This document shows, piece after piece, positions 1 to 13,139 of a stretch of 64,000 nt of DNA. The stretch is from Eledone cirrhosa (lineage: Eukaryota): positions 1 to 64,000 of the forward strand of contig CAXHJY010001300.1 of NCBI GenBank assembly GCA_964016885.1, written 5' to 3'. Position numbers and translations under genes: made by a program. How positions within the stretch are numbered: position 1 is the stretch's first letter; every line of letters starts with the position of its first letter. The notes under the pieces were generated by a model. The model ran no database searches, had not been told where the DNA came from, and saw only the letters and a program-made list of their open reading frames with translations.

Positions 1-119
1 ATAGAATAATTACCCAACATTTCAACAGCACGTGGAAATCGACTAAATATACCGTCAACCATACACAATTAGGTAAAAAATTAAAGTTAGAAGAAATGTG
101 TACACACTTACCAGGATTA

Positions 120-200
120 TGTCTCTACCCTCGGTTTCGTTCGCATTTTGAGATATCCTATTAAGGATAAAATATCGAGCTTCGAACTCGTCAGGAAACA
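120..200 (-). ncRNA. Type I hammerhead ribozyme with extended helix II
   Basis: Minus strand reads UGUUUC-CUGACGA-GUUCG...CGAAC-GAAA-CC-GAG-GG-UA|GAGACA. Helix I is UGUUUC/GAGACA, helix II base is GUUCG/CGAAC with an internal UAUCCU/AGGAUA hairpin, helix III is ACC/GGU, and the cleavage triplet is GUA. Confidence 0.85.
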
Positions 201-489
201 AACTCATAGGACAAGTAATTTTCTGAAGCGATCCCTGCCAGAAATAAATTCAAAATGGCTAAGAATCGTGACGTGGCAGTGGTCAAGTCAGAAAGAATGT
301 GATTGGTTGCTTACGGCGAGTGGGCTAGTTGCTAGAAAGCGCAGCCTAATATTGCCCAAATTGCATCTCAACCTAATGGGAGATTATTAAATATAAAGAT
401 TTACATATACACAAACTAAACAAAGTAACAGATATATATGTTTTGGCAACCATTCACGATGTGGCTCAATGATGAATTAATAAATTATT

Positions 490-560
490 AAATAATATAT
501 GTTTATATATATATATATGTATATCATATATATATATATGTATATTATATATATGTATAT

Positions 561-592
<32 letters not shown>

Positions 593-599
593 ATATATG

Positions 600-689
<90 letters not shown>

Positions 690-710
690 TATATAATATA
701 TATATATTAA
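490..710. repeat. (TA)n microsatellite
   Basis: Direct reading. Confidence 0.95.
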
Positions 711-719
711 TTATTTATT

Positions 720-2010
720 AAAATAACAGATTAAAGTTTAAGCAAAGAATCGCTGCTTTCACCCTTAACGGGATCTTCTGAAACTAACAAAGTCAATCTG
801 TAAACGCAGAACTGGATATTTCAAAAAGCGTTGCAACCGGAGGAAGACAGGAAGACGATACTTTGGTTCGTGGAAACGTTCGCTGGCTAAGAACGGGAAA
901 AAACGAATATAATACGTCATTAATAGGAGCGGTGAAAAACAATTACGCGCAAAGACAGAACCACGTTTATGGTATAATAGAGGTCGAAGACTAATGTTCT
1001 CTCAGGTGGTGCATAGAGACGTTCTCTGGCGATGAACAAAAAAAACGAAGATAATAAGTCATATGTGGAGCGTGGAGAACAATAGCACGCAAAGACAAAA
1101 CCACGTAAATGGTATAGCAGAAGTCGTAGACTAAATTCTAACTAGGAGACCGAATGAATCTCCGCTACGGAGTTAAGAACAAAGTAAATAAATACAATAC
1201 AGAAGTAATAGAAATAAATAAATACATACACGCAAACAGAAACGTACATACACAAACATACGCAAAAACTTACCATAGGTAAACAAACCCACGCACATAT
1301 AAATATGTGTGTGTGTGTATGCTTGTGTACAAATAAATAAATAATTATATAAACGTATATAAATAAATAAATACATATATAACAAGCGCACACACATACC
1401 TACATGTAAATACACGAATGTTCGGAGACGTAAGTCAACCAAAACATGAACTACACATGATACACATGCCCTACATACGTACGAACCTGCATACTCACAC
1501 AGACGCAAAACTCCCGTATACACATAGCCGAACCATATGTACCAGAATATATAAAAAATTATACGCCATAACAATCAAATATACGTACGAGAAGGTATAC
1601 GTACCTTCACAAAACATACGGATAATATATACTTACCTATGCAAATAAGTAAAGGTATAAACAAAACATATACTTAGCTCCCACATCGAGACGTAAAATA
1701 TCCACGTATAGATCGTACTATCCGTTAGGGTATAACGTGGGGCTGTAATACAGCAAAGTTTTGTGCAATTTAAGTTTACAAGCCGAAATTGCCTCAGATT
1801 TTTTGTTTAAGATGTGCTCTGTGGCGTAGAGTATTTCCAAGGTTCAGCGGCGCAGTGGTCACATGGTCTTTTATTTCCGTTATACGATCTAGCCCTAGCT
1901 AGGATCTCCCAGTGTAACTTATATTGGGTGTGGTTGTCTTTTAGACTCCAGATATAAGCTGAAAGTGACGTCATATTCCTTCTTAGAGGGTAACGAAAAG
2001 AATGGGTATG
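720..2010 (-). mobile_element. 5'-truncated Penelope-like element: GIY-YIG C-terminus plus 3' UTR/pLTR
   Basis: Minus-strand translation at about 1750-2010 gives HSFRY...TSLSAYIWSLKD..YKLHWEILARARSY..CDHCAAE and, in another frame, ILNKKSEAISACK, which matches the PLE endonuclease C-terminus. The terminal sequence at 720-1000 recurs in part at about 28838, 30705 and 57650. Confidence 0.75.
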
Positions 2011-2016
2011 CATGTA

Positions 2017-3022
<1,006 letters not shown>

Positions 3023-3072
3023 AAATAAAATAACAGGAGGCTGGACTGGTGTAAATCCTTGAAAGGTTTATT

Positions 3073-3130
3073 ATACTATGATCATTTCAATGACCGGGTT
3101 CCATATGAATCCGGTGATATCATCAGGTAT
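3073..3130 (-). ncRNA. Type I hammerhead ribozyme (inverted copy of 3224-3281)
   Basis: Reverse complement of the 3224-3281 motif. Confidence 0.8.
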
Positions 3131-3223
3131 TGGAATATAACAAAGAGACAGAGACGTCCTCTTTGTCTCTGTCTCTGATATTTCGGACCCATGGTTTTTT
3201 ACATATTCCTTTGTTATATTCCA

Positions 3224-3281
3224 ATACCTGATGATATCACCGGATTCATATGGAACCCGGTCATTGAAATGATCATAGTAT
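3224..3281 (+). ncRNA. Type I hammerhead ribozyme with palindromic helix III
   Basis: AUAC-CUGAUGA-[helix II with ACCGG/CCGGU]-GAAA-U-GAUC-A-UA|GUAU, followed immediately by AATAAA (3282-3287). Confidence 0.8.
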
Positions 3282-3331
3282 AATAAACCTTTCAAGGATT
3301 TACACCAGTCCAGCCTCCTGTCATTTTATTT

Positions 3332-3379
<48 letters not shown>

Positions 3380-3612
3380 AGTATGTATGTATACGTACAT
3401 ACATATATGTATACAGACGTACAGTAGCATGTATATATATATATATATACATATACATACAGGCACACATATATATATATGCACGTATCAGTTTACCGAA
3501 CATTTATTATAACGTTCGCTTTGTTCGTTTGTAAACAAACGAACAGCCTGATTTACGCCGTACAGTGTTCAGGCAACCACGTCACCTTTTTGTTCAATAC
3601 TGACACAGGAAC

Positions 3613-3651
3613 GATGTACTAGTTTCAAGCTTGTTAGCTATCGTCAGCACC
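3613..3651 (-). ncRNA. Minimal type I hammerhead ribozyme
   Basis: GGUG-CUGACGA-UAGC-UAACAA-GCUU-GAAA-CUAG-UA|CAUC. Helix I is GGUG/CAUC, helix II is AGC/GCU, and helix III is the palindrome ACUAGU. Confidence 0.85.
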
Positions 3652-3886
3652 GTATACCTTTCTGCCAGATGGTTGAACGTTCGAAAGTATATACTTTCCT
3701 TATGAAAATTAACGGCTGAGCAGCCTAATTTGCATATCGAGTGAGTTCAGTCGGCCAGGCGCACCGAAAACGATAAATGGAATAGAATGAAACGAAATTT
3801 CATTTCTCACTCTTAGTACGGCACTTACTTAAATGTAAGTATGTATGTATACGTACATACATATATGTATACAGACGTACAGTAGC

Positions 3887-3974
<88 letters not shown>

Positions 3975-4122
3975 GCACAGATATATATATGCACGTATCA
4001 GTTTACCGAGCATTTATTATAACGTTCGCTTTGTTCGTTTGTAAACAAACGAACAGCTTGATTTACGCCGTACAGTGTTCAGACAACCACGTCACCGTTT
4101 TGTTCAACACTGACACAGGAAC

Positions 4123-4161
4123 GATGTACTAGTTTCAAGCTTGTTAGCTATCGTCAGCACC
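4123..4161 (-). ncRNA. Minimal type I hammerhead ribozyme (tandem copy)
   Basis: Identical to 3613-3651, 510 bp away. Confidence 0.85.
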
Positions 4162-4510
4162 GTATACCTTTCTGCCAGATGGTTGAACGTTCGAAAATAT
4201 ATACTTTCCTTATGAAAATTAACGGCTGAGCAGCCTAATTTGCATATCGAGTGAGTTCAGTCGGCCAGGCGCACCGAAAACGATAAATGGAATAGAATGA
4301 AACGAAATTTCATTTCTCACTCTTAGTACGGCACTTACTTAAATGTGTCAGTGTTGAACAAAAAGGTGACGTGGTTGCCTGAACACTGTACGGCGTAAAT
4401 CAGGCTGTTCGTTTGTTTACAAACGAACAAAGCGAACGTTATAATAAATGTTCGGTAAACTGATACGTGCATATATATATGTTACGTGCATATATATATG
4501 TGTGCCTGTA

Positions 4511-4549
<39 letters not shown>

Positions 4550-4657
4550 GCTACTGTACGTCTGTATACATATATGTATGTACGTATACATACATACTTA
4601 CATTTAAGTAAGTGCCGTACTAAGAGTGAGAAATGAAATTTCGTTTCATTCTATTCC

Positions 4658-4725
<68 letters not shown>

Positions 4726-4821
4726 CTTTCTCTCTTTACTGTGTTATAAAGAGCTCGGAATATCTGTCTTGAGCTTATTTGATTATAAGGGAGTATTGTG
4801 AATTTTTAACTCAACATTTTA

Positions 4822-4872
<51 letters not shown>

Positions 4873-4899
4873 ATATATATACATGCACAATATATATGC

Positions 4900-4938
<39 letters not shown>

Positions 4939-4974
4939 TCTACTCTCCAGGTTTGAATATAGCCGATTTCAGAG

Positions 4975-5790
4975 AGAGGATTGACCTTAGTACTGGCCTG
5001 GTACATTTTTTATCGATATGAAAGGGTGAAAGGCAAAGTTAATCTCGGCGGGATTTGAACTCAATGCGCAGAGAGCCCGAACGAATACCACAAAGCATTC
5101 CATCCAACATTCCAACGACTCACCACCTCTACTAAAACATATTATCTCAATTTTAAGGTTCGATTAAAGAAATTTCAATTCACTGTTGAAGTCAGTTCAT
5201 TTTCTGCTCAAGACTTGGATGAGAAAACTACTTTCCATGTTGCATATTTCCTTTTTCAAAAAATAAATCTTGTATTTCATATTTAACCCTTTCATTATCA
5301 CATTTTCCATGAAATACATTGCCAATCTCTTTAATTTAAATACGAAAATAATGGAAAATTTAGAGAAATTTACTAAAATAACATTCATTATTAAACTGTG
5401 TTGCTTTGCAGCATAGAGTTACGGCCCTTTATGGTCTGAGTTCAAATCCCGCTGAGGTTAACTTTGCCTTTCATCCTTACGGGGTCGATAAAATAAAGTA
5501 CCATTCACGCACTGGGTCGATTTAATCGACTTTTCCCTGTCCCAAAATAGATGGCCTTGTGCCTATATAAGAAACCATTATTAAACTGGTGTAAGGGCGG
5601 TGGATAGGCGGAATTGTTACAGCATCGTTTTTAGCCCTTTTACGTTCTGGCTTCAAATCTCGCCGAGGTTAATTTTACCTTTCATCCTTCCAGGGTAGAT
5701 AAAATAAAGCACCAGTCAAGTTCAATTTAATCGACTCCCCACACCCCAACAAACTTTTGACCTTGTGCCTAAATTGGAAAACATTATTAA
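4975..5790. mobile_element. Cluster of three tRNA-derived SINE copies (about 4975-5130 minus; 5400-5585 plus; 5595-5790 plus)
   Basis: Box-B-like GAGTTCAAATCC and the conserved core CTTTCATCC..GGGGTCGATAAAATAAAGTACCA, which resembles the Nin/Deu domain. Confidence 0.85.
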
Positions 5791-6428
5791 GCTGGTATTT
5801 AAAAGTACTTAAAACGTTTTTACATAACATTATGTTGGAAGACCTTAATAAAAGTACGAACACTTTAAAACAGGCAGTTTTACATCATAGAATCAGGGGC
5901 AGTTTCAGGTGATTTGGTATCAAAAAGGGTTAAGAGATTACTATTTCAACTCCTTTTACTTTACTCTAATGGAGTGTAAATGACCTAATAATCACATTTA
6001 TTTACCAGCCATCCCACAACTAGGTCTTCAGCATATCTCCTCCAACTTGTTACTATTGAAACCAAAGATTCATAATCTTTAAGTAAAATGGAAATTAACT
6101 TCATCTTGCTGATCACGTAAGAAAAACAATGCTAAAATTTGACTGCCATTTCTAGCCGGTTGATTGGTCGCACAGAAGCTTTGCTTTAAAGAAAAAAATT
6201 AAACTTTGTAGGTGATGTTTAGCCTCATACCAGCCCTGCTCGAATAAACGTATATAGAAAAGCGTTCCAGAGTGACCATCATGTCTTTTTATATTTCAGA
6301 AACTACGTTGTTCAAAAAATCTTTTATTCAAGACGGCGGGGTATGATTTGAAGATTTGACTGCTATTTTCTGCAGGTCGAGCGACTATGTGGACGTTCTC
6401 TCATTGAATATTGAAACCAGCCGACATA

Positions 6429-6835
6429 CTCACGGGTCACGAATAGTGCCGCCTCCCCACCTAGCTTATTAATTTTTCAGACCCCCCGCCGCTCTTATTT
6501 CACCCCACCCCCTCCCGCTTATTAAATTTTCCGACAAAATTTTATTTTAAGTGGCAGCATTCCTGCGACAATGAATTTTCTTTATACATTAAAAAAACAT
6601 TATGAATGACAAAAAAAGTACATTACGAGAAATCCCATACGTTATAAAATAAATAGGATGGGTGTGGGTCTCAAAATGTAAACTAAACGACTAATTATGG
6701 TTTAAAAAAAAAAAATCAACGTAGACAACCAAGAACAATTATTGATTTTCCACTCCCGCTTATTCCCAGTCCTCTCTTATTCCACGCTTATTACAACCCC
6801 CACTTACCACAGCCTTATTATGTGGGACCCGAGAG
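6429..6835. mobile_element. MITE with short imperfect TIRs and TA flanks (Tc1/mariner/pogo-type)
   Basis: TA|CTCACGGGTCAC ... GGGACCCGAGAG|TA, with internal CCCGCTTATT-like repeats. Confidence 0.6.
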
Positions 6836-6959
6836 TACTTTGACGTCCAGCCTACACGAAGCAAAATATTATCAGGCAGCGATCAGCTGTAACTCTTGTC
6901 ACTCTGCCAACACTCTCTCCCTCTTTCTTCAACACCTTCTATTTCATTATTCCAGAGAA

Positions 6960-7055
6960 GTAGTTGATAAATTCCAGCGCGTCTCCCTTGCCGTCCTCCG
7001 GAGAAACGCCTTCTCCATTCTGTCCGCCGGGGCTGTGGGGAGGCCACCAATATGA
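6960..7055 (+). mobile_element. Possible C-terminal fragment of a CRE-like RLE non-LTR retrotransposon
   Basis: FQRVSLAVLRRNAFSIL resembles the FQRLSIAIQRGNA motif. The match is short. Confidence 0.4.
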
Positions 7056-8879
7056 TTGACTCACTTGTCATTTTACCATTCAGATGTGAAACACTTATAA
7101 TTTCCTCGCATGAAATGCTCAAGGCACGACAAGTGACATAACTTTAGTGAATGACATTCAATTATATTCGGCGTTTCTCAAATTTCGTTTGTATATTACA
7201 GAAAGTGGGCAGTTACCGCATTAGATTACACACTCAATTGCAGTGTGAGATATATGTTATTGGTGGAGTAGACTATGAGTGATAAGTGAGAGTGAGAGTT
7301 GGTCATGTTTCAGTTACATACATAGATATACTTATATTACAATACGGATACCATTAAAGAAAAAAGAAAGAGATAGATGTAGAAAAAGATTCTATTTGTG
7401 TGTACATAGAATGAGATGCATAATTTCTTTCTTTCTTTCTTTCTTTCTTTCTTTCCTTCTTTATTTCCTTCCTTCCTTTCTTTCGATTGATTAGGTGAAA
7501 CTATATTGCTATTTCAGCAACTATAACATGGATGACTTTGAAAGAATCAAAACAGCAGTGATAAAAGCAGTGCGATACGTGCAGAAACTTTACAAGTGCA
7601 AAGTTATCTTACGAAAAACAAACAAACAAACAAATATAAAGTAGTCCCCACTTCCACCCTCGGAAAGAAACACACACACACACACAAAAACCCATAAACA
7701 TACCATATCGTTTTTTCAAGAAGCATGTAACAAAGATATAGGAAAAGAATACACACCTAGTTTTGTATCCAATATTGGTCTATGCCAAGAGAAACTTCAA
7801 TATTCAATCGGTTGCAAAATCTAAATATTGACCTCGTTTAATTCAATATTTCCAAACGAAGCAACGTCACGTTGGAAAACATTTCAGTTTATGAATGTTT
7901 CTGCTCGAATCACAAGAGGGAAAGAAAAAAAGGCAAAAAGGCAAAAAAAAACAAAAAAACAAATGAAACTATAATGCACGTCTCAATAGCATTTTACGAA
8001 AAAAATTGTAAATGTATTATTAATTTACCGAAGAGAACATCAGTATAATATAAATAAAGCATGTTACACAGTATGTTAAATAACAATCACTGAATGTCTT
8101 ACCAATACTCGTTTGCAGGGAATGTTATGTTTTTTTCAAATTATTTCTTTTTTTTTGGCCTTCTATTGAATCACGACTTTCTTCAGCTAACGTTTGAATT
8201 TAACATATTGTTAAACAAACAAACTTTGAATTGACTGAACGGTATAGGAAAAGATTACGAGGCGAAGGATAATTTCGAACCGAAGTGGGGTTAACATGGG
8301 TTATAAAAGAAAAAAAAAGGAAGTCATTTTGAAAGTAAGAAATGAAGTATTTTAATATCATCGTGAAAATCGAACGGTACAATCGTTTTCGCAAGTAAAA
8401 GACTTCAACTTAGCTACATTGTAGACACAATATAAACTCAACTATTCATATTTAACAAATATTGTTTTAAGTAACGTGTTAAAGTAAATATTTAACCATC
8501 TATTTAACTTTGTAGGTGACAAAATGGTCGTTAGAACATCGAAAAGAATGCTTTGCGGTATTCATTCCAGTTCTCTGCGTTCTGAGTTTAAATACCACCA
8601 AGGCCAACTCGCTTTTCATCCCAGTGAGGTCGATAAATAAACTACTAGTCCAATAATGGGGACGATTCTTCATCTATTTCTCTTTTTTCATTTCCTTTCT
8701 CGCACTTACACTTTCTTTGGAAGAAATCGGCTGTAGTCAGATATTGAGAGGGATGGGCTCCTCCAGGTATAAATCCCTAGACACGCCGTATGTCACGACA
8801 GTTCCCCTACGACACCTCTTAGCAGTTAAGTGTCCACGTCCATAGAGAAGATGAGACGGAAGCATCGATTAAATAATGA

Positions 8880-9855
8880 AATAATTCAGCTTTACGCTTA
8901 TCCGAGGCACTGCTTAAAATCGCCACGCGTTGATTTCACTGCGCAGGCTTCCTTGAGAGGACGAGTTTCTCAGTTTTCGCAGCACTGATTTTCATTTCAA
9001 CCATGTAGTACTCGGCATCAAACCTATCAAGTGCAAGTCGGAGATCACCTTTATCGAGTTAAGTAATACCATGTCGTCTGCAAATTCCAGCCGACTGATT
9101 TAACACCTGTCAGTCGTGATATCACTTCTAACCCGGCTGTGCATGTCGATTTTGTTTATGTAAATAATTGTTTCTACTTTTAGGCACAAGGCCAGCAATT
9201 ACCTAGTGCATTACTGGTACTTTATTTTATCGATCCCGTAAGGATGAAAGGCAAAGTTAACCTCGGCGGGATTATGTAAATAATGAACAGGAGAGGTGAC
9301 AGTACACACCCTTGGCGGAGCCCGACTACCACACTCAATGGTTTCGATTTAGCATCATTTATCCGATCACAAATACTCGGCCTTTTGCATAGATACACGA
9401 GGGCAGCAAGAAGCTGACCATCAATCCCATACTCCTGCAGAACCTTCCACAGCAGGTCCCGAGGAACATGGTCATATGCCTTTTCGAGGTCTACAAAACA
9501 AGAAAACACCTCTTCGCAATACTCCCATGATTTCTCGAAGACCTGCCGCAGTGTGAATATTTGGACGGCTGTGCTGCGCCCGAGGCAAAAACCGCACTGC
9601 TTATCAGCTAACGGGGACTCGACAATCTCCCTGCTCTTTGCCAGACACTTAGCATAGACTTTACCGGGAATGCTTAAGAAGGAGATCTCGCTGTAATTGG
9701 AACAATCTCTTTTGTTTTCCTTTTTGAAAATTGGGATTATCATCCCCAATTGCTATTGCTTAGGTGCCTTTCCAGAGATCCAATCCAGCCGACACACACG
9801 AGTCAATCAGAGAATACATTCTCTATTTAAGTCTTTAGACATCACCTCGATAAAC
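8880..9855 (-). pseudogene. Decayed RTE LINE reverse transcriptase fragment
   Basis: IIPIFKK..DCSNY.EISFLSIPGKVYAK, QCGF, FVDLEKAYD and GLRQGCVLSPLLF. Interrupted by a SINE. Confidence 0.9.
9165..9271 (-). mobile_element. 5'-truncated SINE inserted in the RTE fragment
   Basis: SINE 3' half flanked by the duplicated sequence TTATGTAAATAAT. Confidence 0.85.
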
Positions 9856-9859
9856 ACAT

Positions 9860-11848
9860 ATGTATGTCTGTATGTGTGTGTGTATGGATGAATGTGAATT
9901 TGCATGCTTTGAGTTTTATGTGTACACTTGCATATGTTTCTCTGTCCACACATGCAGTTATTACATGGAGAATTTCTGAAATGCTTTACCTATTTTTACA
10001 GTTCCATACTTACAACTTCCTAACTAGCCTTGCTCCTTCCGGTTCTGTGAAGCCCAGTTTCTCAAGATGTGTACTGAGGCAGTTCGTAACGTATCCAAGA
10101 GTGCCAATGATTACAGGTATAATTTTAAAGGTTTTGTTAGAGTGGGGTGTCTGCATATTCCTCATTAGTTCATCATAAATCCTTTTCACTGATCTTTAAT
10201 ATTATATTGTCATTTGTTGGGCAGATGACTTCCACTACTGTGTATGTCTTTTTTCTCTGTCTCATATCACTCTGTCTGGTTTGATGTGTTTGATTTTATT
10301 AGGGTTTGGACTGGAACATACCGCCAGTACTCTTTCACATGTATGTATATGTCCTCCTCATTGCTGTAACGTTTTATATGCTTATTGTCATGGCTATCCT
10401 TTCTCATAGGTAGATAGTATCGTGATAACATCTTTGGACAGCTCCTTATGATGCGGGCGACATTTTCGATGTTAATTCCACCGAGCCTGCATCTCTTCTC
10501 TTATCTAAGAGTTTTGCCTGCAATCCTATCTCTTTTGTTAATCAGATATCTTGTAGTTATTTCTTGTTCTTGGATTGCAAAAGCATATTCTTCAAAGTGA
10601 GAGCCAATATAGCAGTTTTTGGTCCAAGATAGACTAATTTGCATATCTATATTACTCTCACTTTAGAGCTTCCCGGCAACATAACCATGCATGGTTTTTT
10701 TGTTGATAAGCATGCAGTCTTTTATCCATGGATTCATTACGGTATTGCTGTGTAATTTTCCTGGGTGTGAAATTTTATTTATCATGCTGGGAGTATTTCT
10801 CAAGGAGCTCCTTCCAAACTCTCGTGTAGACAGACTTGTTTAATAGATGGGCTCATACGCTTGACGGTTCGTAGATGTTTTTGGAGGGATATGATGCGAC
10901 ACTCAAACGCAATTTGGATTGATGTTAGACCTCTGTCTTCCTGTTTACGTTTCAGGTAGAAGTGGTCTATCATAGGATATATTTTCATCTATCCCTAAAT
11001 ATCTGTAGAAGTCCTCGTTAGATACTGGTGAAACAGTTAGGGCATTGATAGAAATGTTGCTAGATTGGCTTATAGATTTTCCCTGCTTTACAATCACATA
11101 TGGATATTTATCCTGGCCAAACTCCATTCCTTTATCTTTCGAGAACGTCGTAACCAGGTCAAGGTTTTTCTTCATCCCATTTATGTTCTTGGCATAGAGT
11201 TTCAGATCACCCACAAAGAAGCTATGTGTTAGCTTTATATTCCTGTCCTTATGTGAACCAATTATGTATCCTTCATATTTCTTGATCAGAAAGGACAAAG
11301 GGTTTAATGATAGTATAATAGTAACACAGAGAGACTGTTTCCTTGAAATATGTCCCTGCGATATTCTATTTTATCAGTGAAAATATAGTCCTCCTTCTCT
11401 GTTTTTAACTTTAGGATAGTAGCCCAAGAAGTAGATAGATTCTCTATGGCTCTGATAATAGCGTCTGGGACTTTAGCAAGTGGGAGGGCCTCGAACATCC
11501 TAGACTGGGGAACAGAATCGAATGCATTCTTGTAGACTAATCAGACTGTAGCCATGTTCCTCCTTCGTCATCGCACCTCTGACATCGCAATTTTTCTAAT
11601 TGGGAGTTGTTCAGCACTCCCCCAAACTCCTTCCGTCCCAGCTGCTTGCTCATAGGTTAGAACAGGCTATATACATTTTAGACATTAGGTCCCGGCACGC
11701 AATTTTCGGTAGCTTTCCTATCACAGTCACAAGAGTATCATCATTGATGCCGTATGTTTTTATTGTAGTGAAGAGGCTGTAGTTCATTTGGATTTCTTTC
11801 AATCACACTGCATATTGGTTGAATTTTTTTTCTTCACCGCATATTATT
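9860..11848 (-). mobile_element. R4/Dong-clade non-LTR retrotransposon, RT and RLE part (decayed)
   Basis: IFQGNSLS, THSFFVGDLKLYAK, MEFGQDK, YRYLGI, YLKRKQ..RGL, AFAIQEQEITT and C-terminal IPVIIGTLG, with many frameshifts. Confidence 0.8.
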
Positions 11849-12491
11849 CTAGACCACCCATGACCCGTTGGGTCACGTTCACTTCAAAATATGAAAAAAA
11901 AAATCATGTTCACTTAAAAATAATTTTTAAATAATTAAAATATACACAGGCATGCATATAATGTAAAATGAAACTGGAAGGCCCATATATATATACGTGT
12001 GTGTATATATACATATAAATGTGTGTGTGTGTGTAAGTGTGTGTGTGTATACATATATATATATGTGTGTGTGTGTATATATATCTATTATATAAATGTG
12101 AAATGGGCGAAAATTGTCTGAGTCGTGTCTGGATACAGGCAAAAGGGTAGTACCAATGCTCTGATTGTCAAGAAAATTTACACAATGTAAAAGGTGCGGA
12201 GGAAGCGACAGGTCTACTTGGGGTTCTCTAAATTGAAAAATGTGGTCTCTAGGGCCCCAAAACGGTCTTTTTCTATCGATTTTACATCCCTATAGTTTCT
12301 TAGCTTTACTCTCTCCATCGCTCTTCCCTCTCTCTATAATAGATCATTCCCCCTCTCTATAATTTAACTGCTTTACTCTCTCTGTCGTTCTTCACTCCCT
12401 ATATGACAACACTGCAGAGAGAGATAGGCCGTTAGAATAGCGGAGAGAGATAGGCCGTTAGACAGAGAGAGATACAATTAAAGTGTTAGAT

Positions 12492-12556
<65 letters not shown>

Positions 12557-13139
12557 CCAGCAAACTTTAGTTAACTTTCAGTAACGTGTTATATATTTTT
12601 GATCTGTCGTCGCTCGCATAGCACACACACACACATACACACGATACTTATATAAAGCTGAGCGTCGTGTGTGTATGTATGTATGTATGTATGTATGTAT
12701 GTATGTATCCTACACACCTCCCTATACTATTTAACCTAAAATACTTTTATATCCATCTCTTAGTAAGCATTTCCAATTCACTATACGTAAACAATGACAT
12801 TAATGTTTCACTTTAGCTTAGCATTTTACATTCAATTCCTCCCTTTTTTAATGCAACTTTTATTGAAACGACTACATACTCTCAGTGGTTCAGTATTTAA
12901 CCTAAAATACATTTACACTGCTTCTATAGTATCGTTATACGATATGCCTAACCGAAAACGACTAGTATTTTCTTCTAAACGAAATAAATCCCTTAAATTA
13001 CGAAGAATGGAGGTACGTTTTTTTATCGATATCCTTTGTTATTTTGCTTCTTTTATCTCCATAAAAATATTATTTCTGTTTTGAGAAGTTGTAAAACAGT
13101 AGTGGCCGAGTTAAAGCATTCAGTTTTTTTTAAAAACTC

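Larger units (their letters stand above)
3377..4662. mobile_element. Non-coding HHR-containing repeat: two tandem monomers (3377-3834, 3835-4344) plus an inverted partial copy (4344-4662); retrozyme/PLE pLTR-like
   Basis: The direct repeats are near-identical and differ mainly in internal (TA)n length. The inverted third copy lacks the HHR. A diverged relative lies at 59535-60271. Confidence 0.85.
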
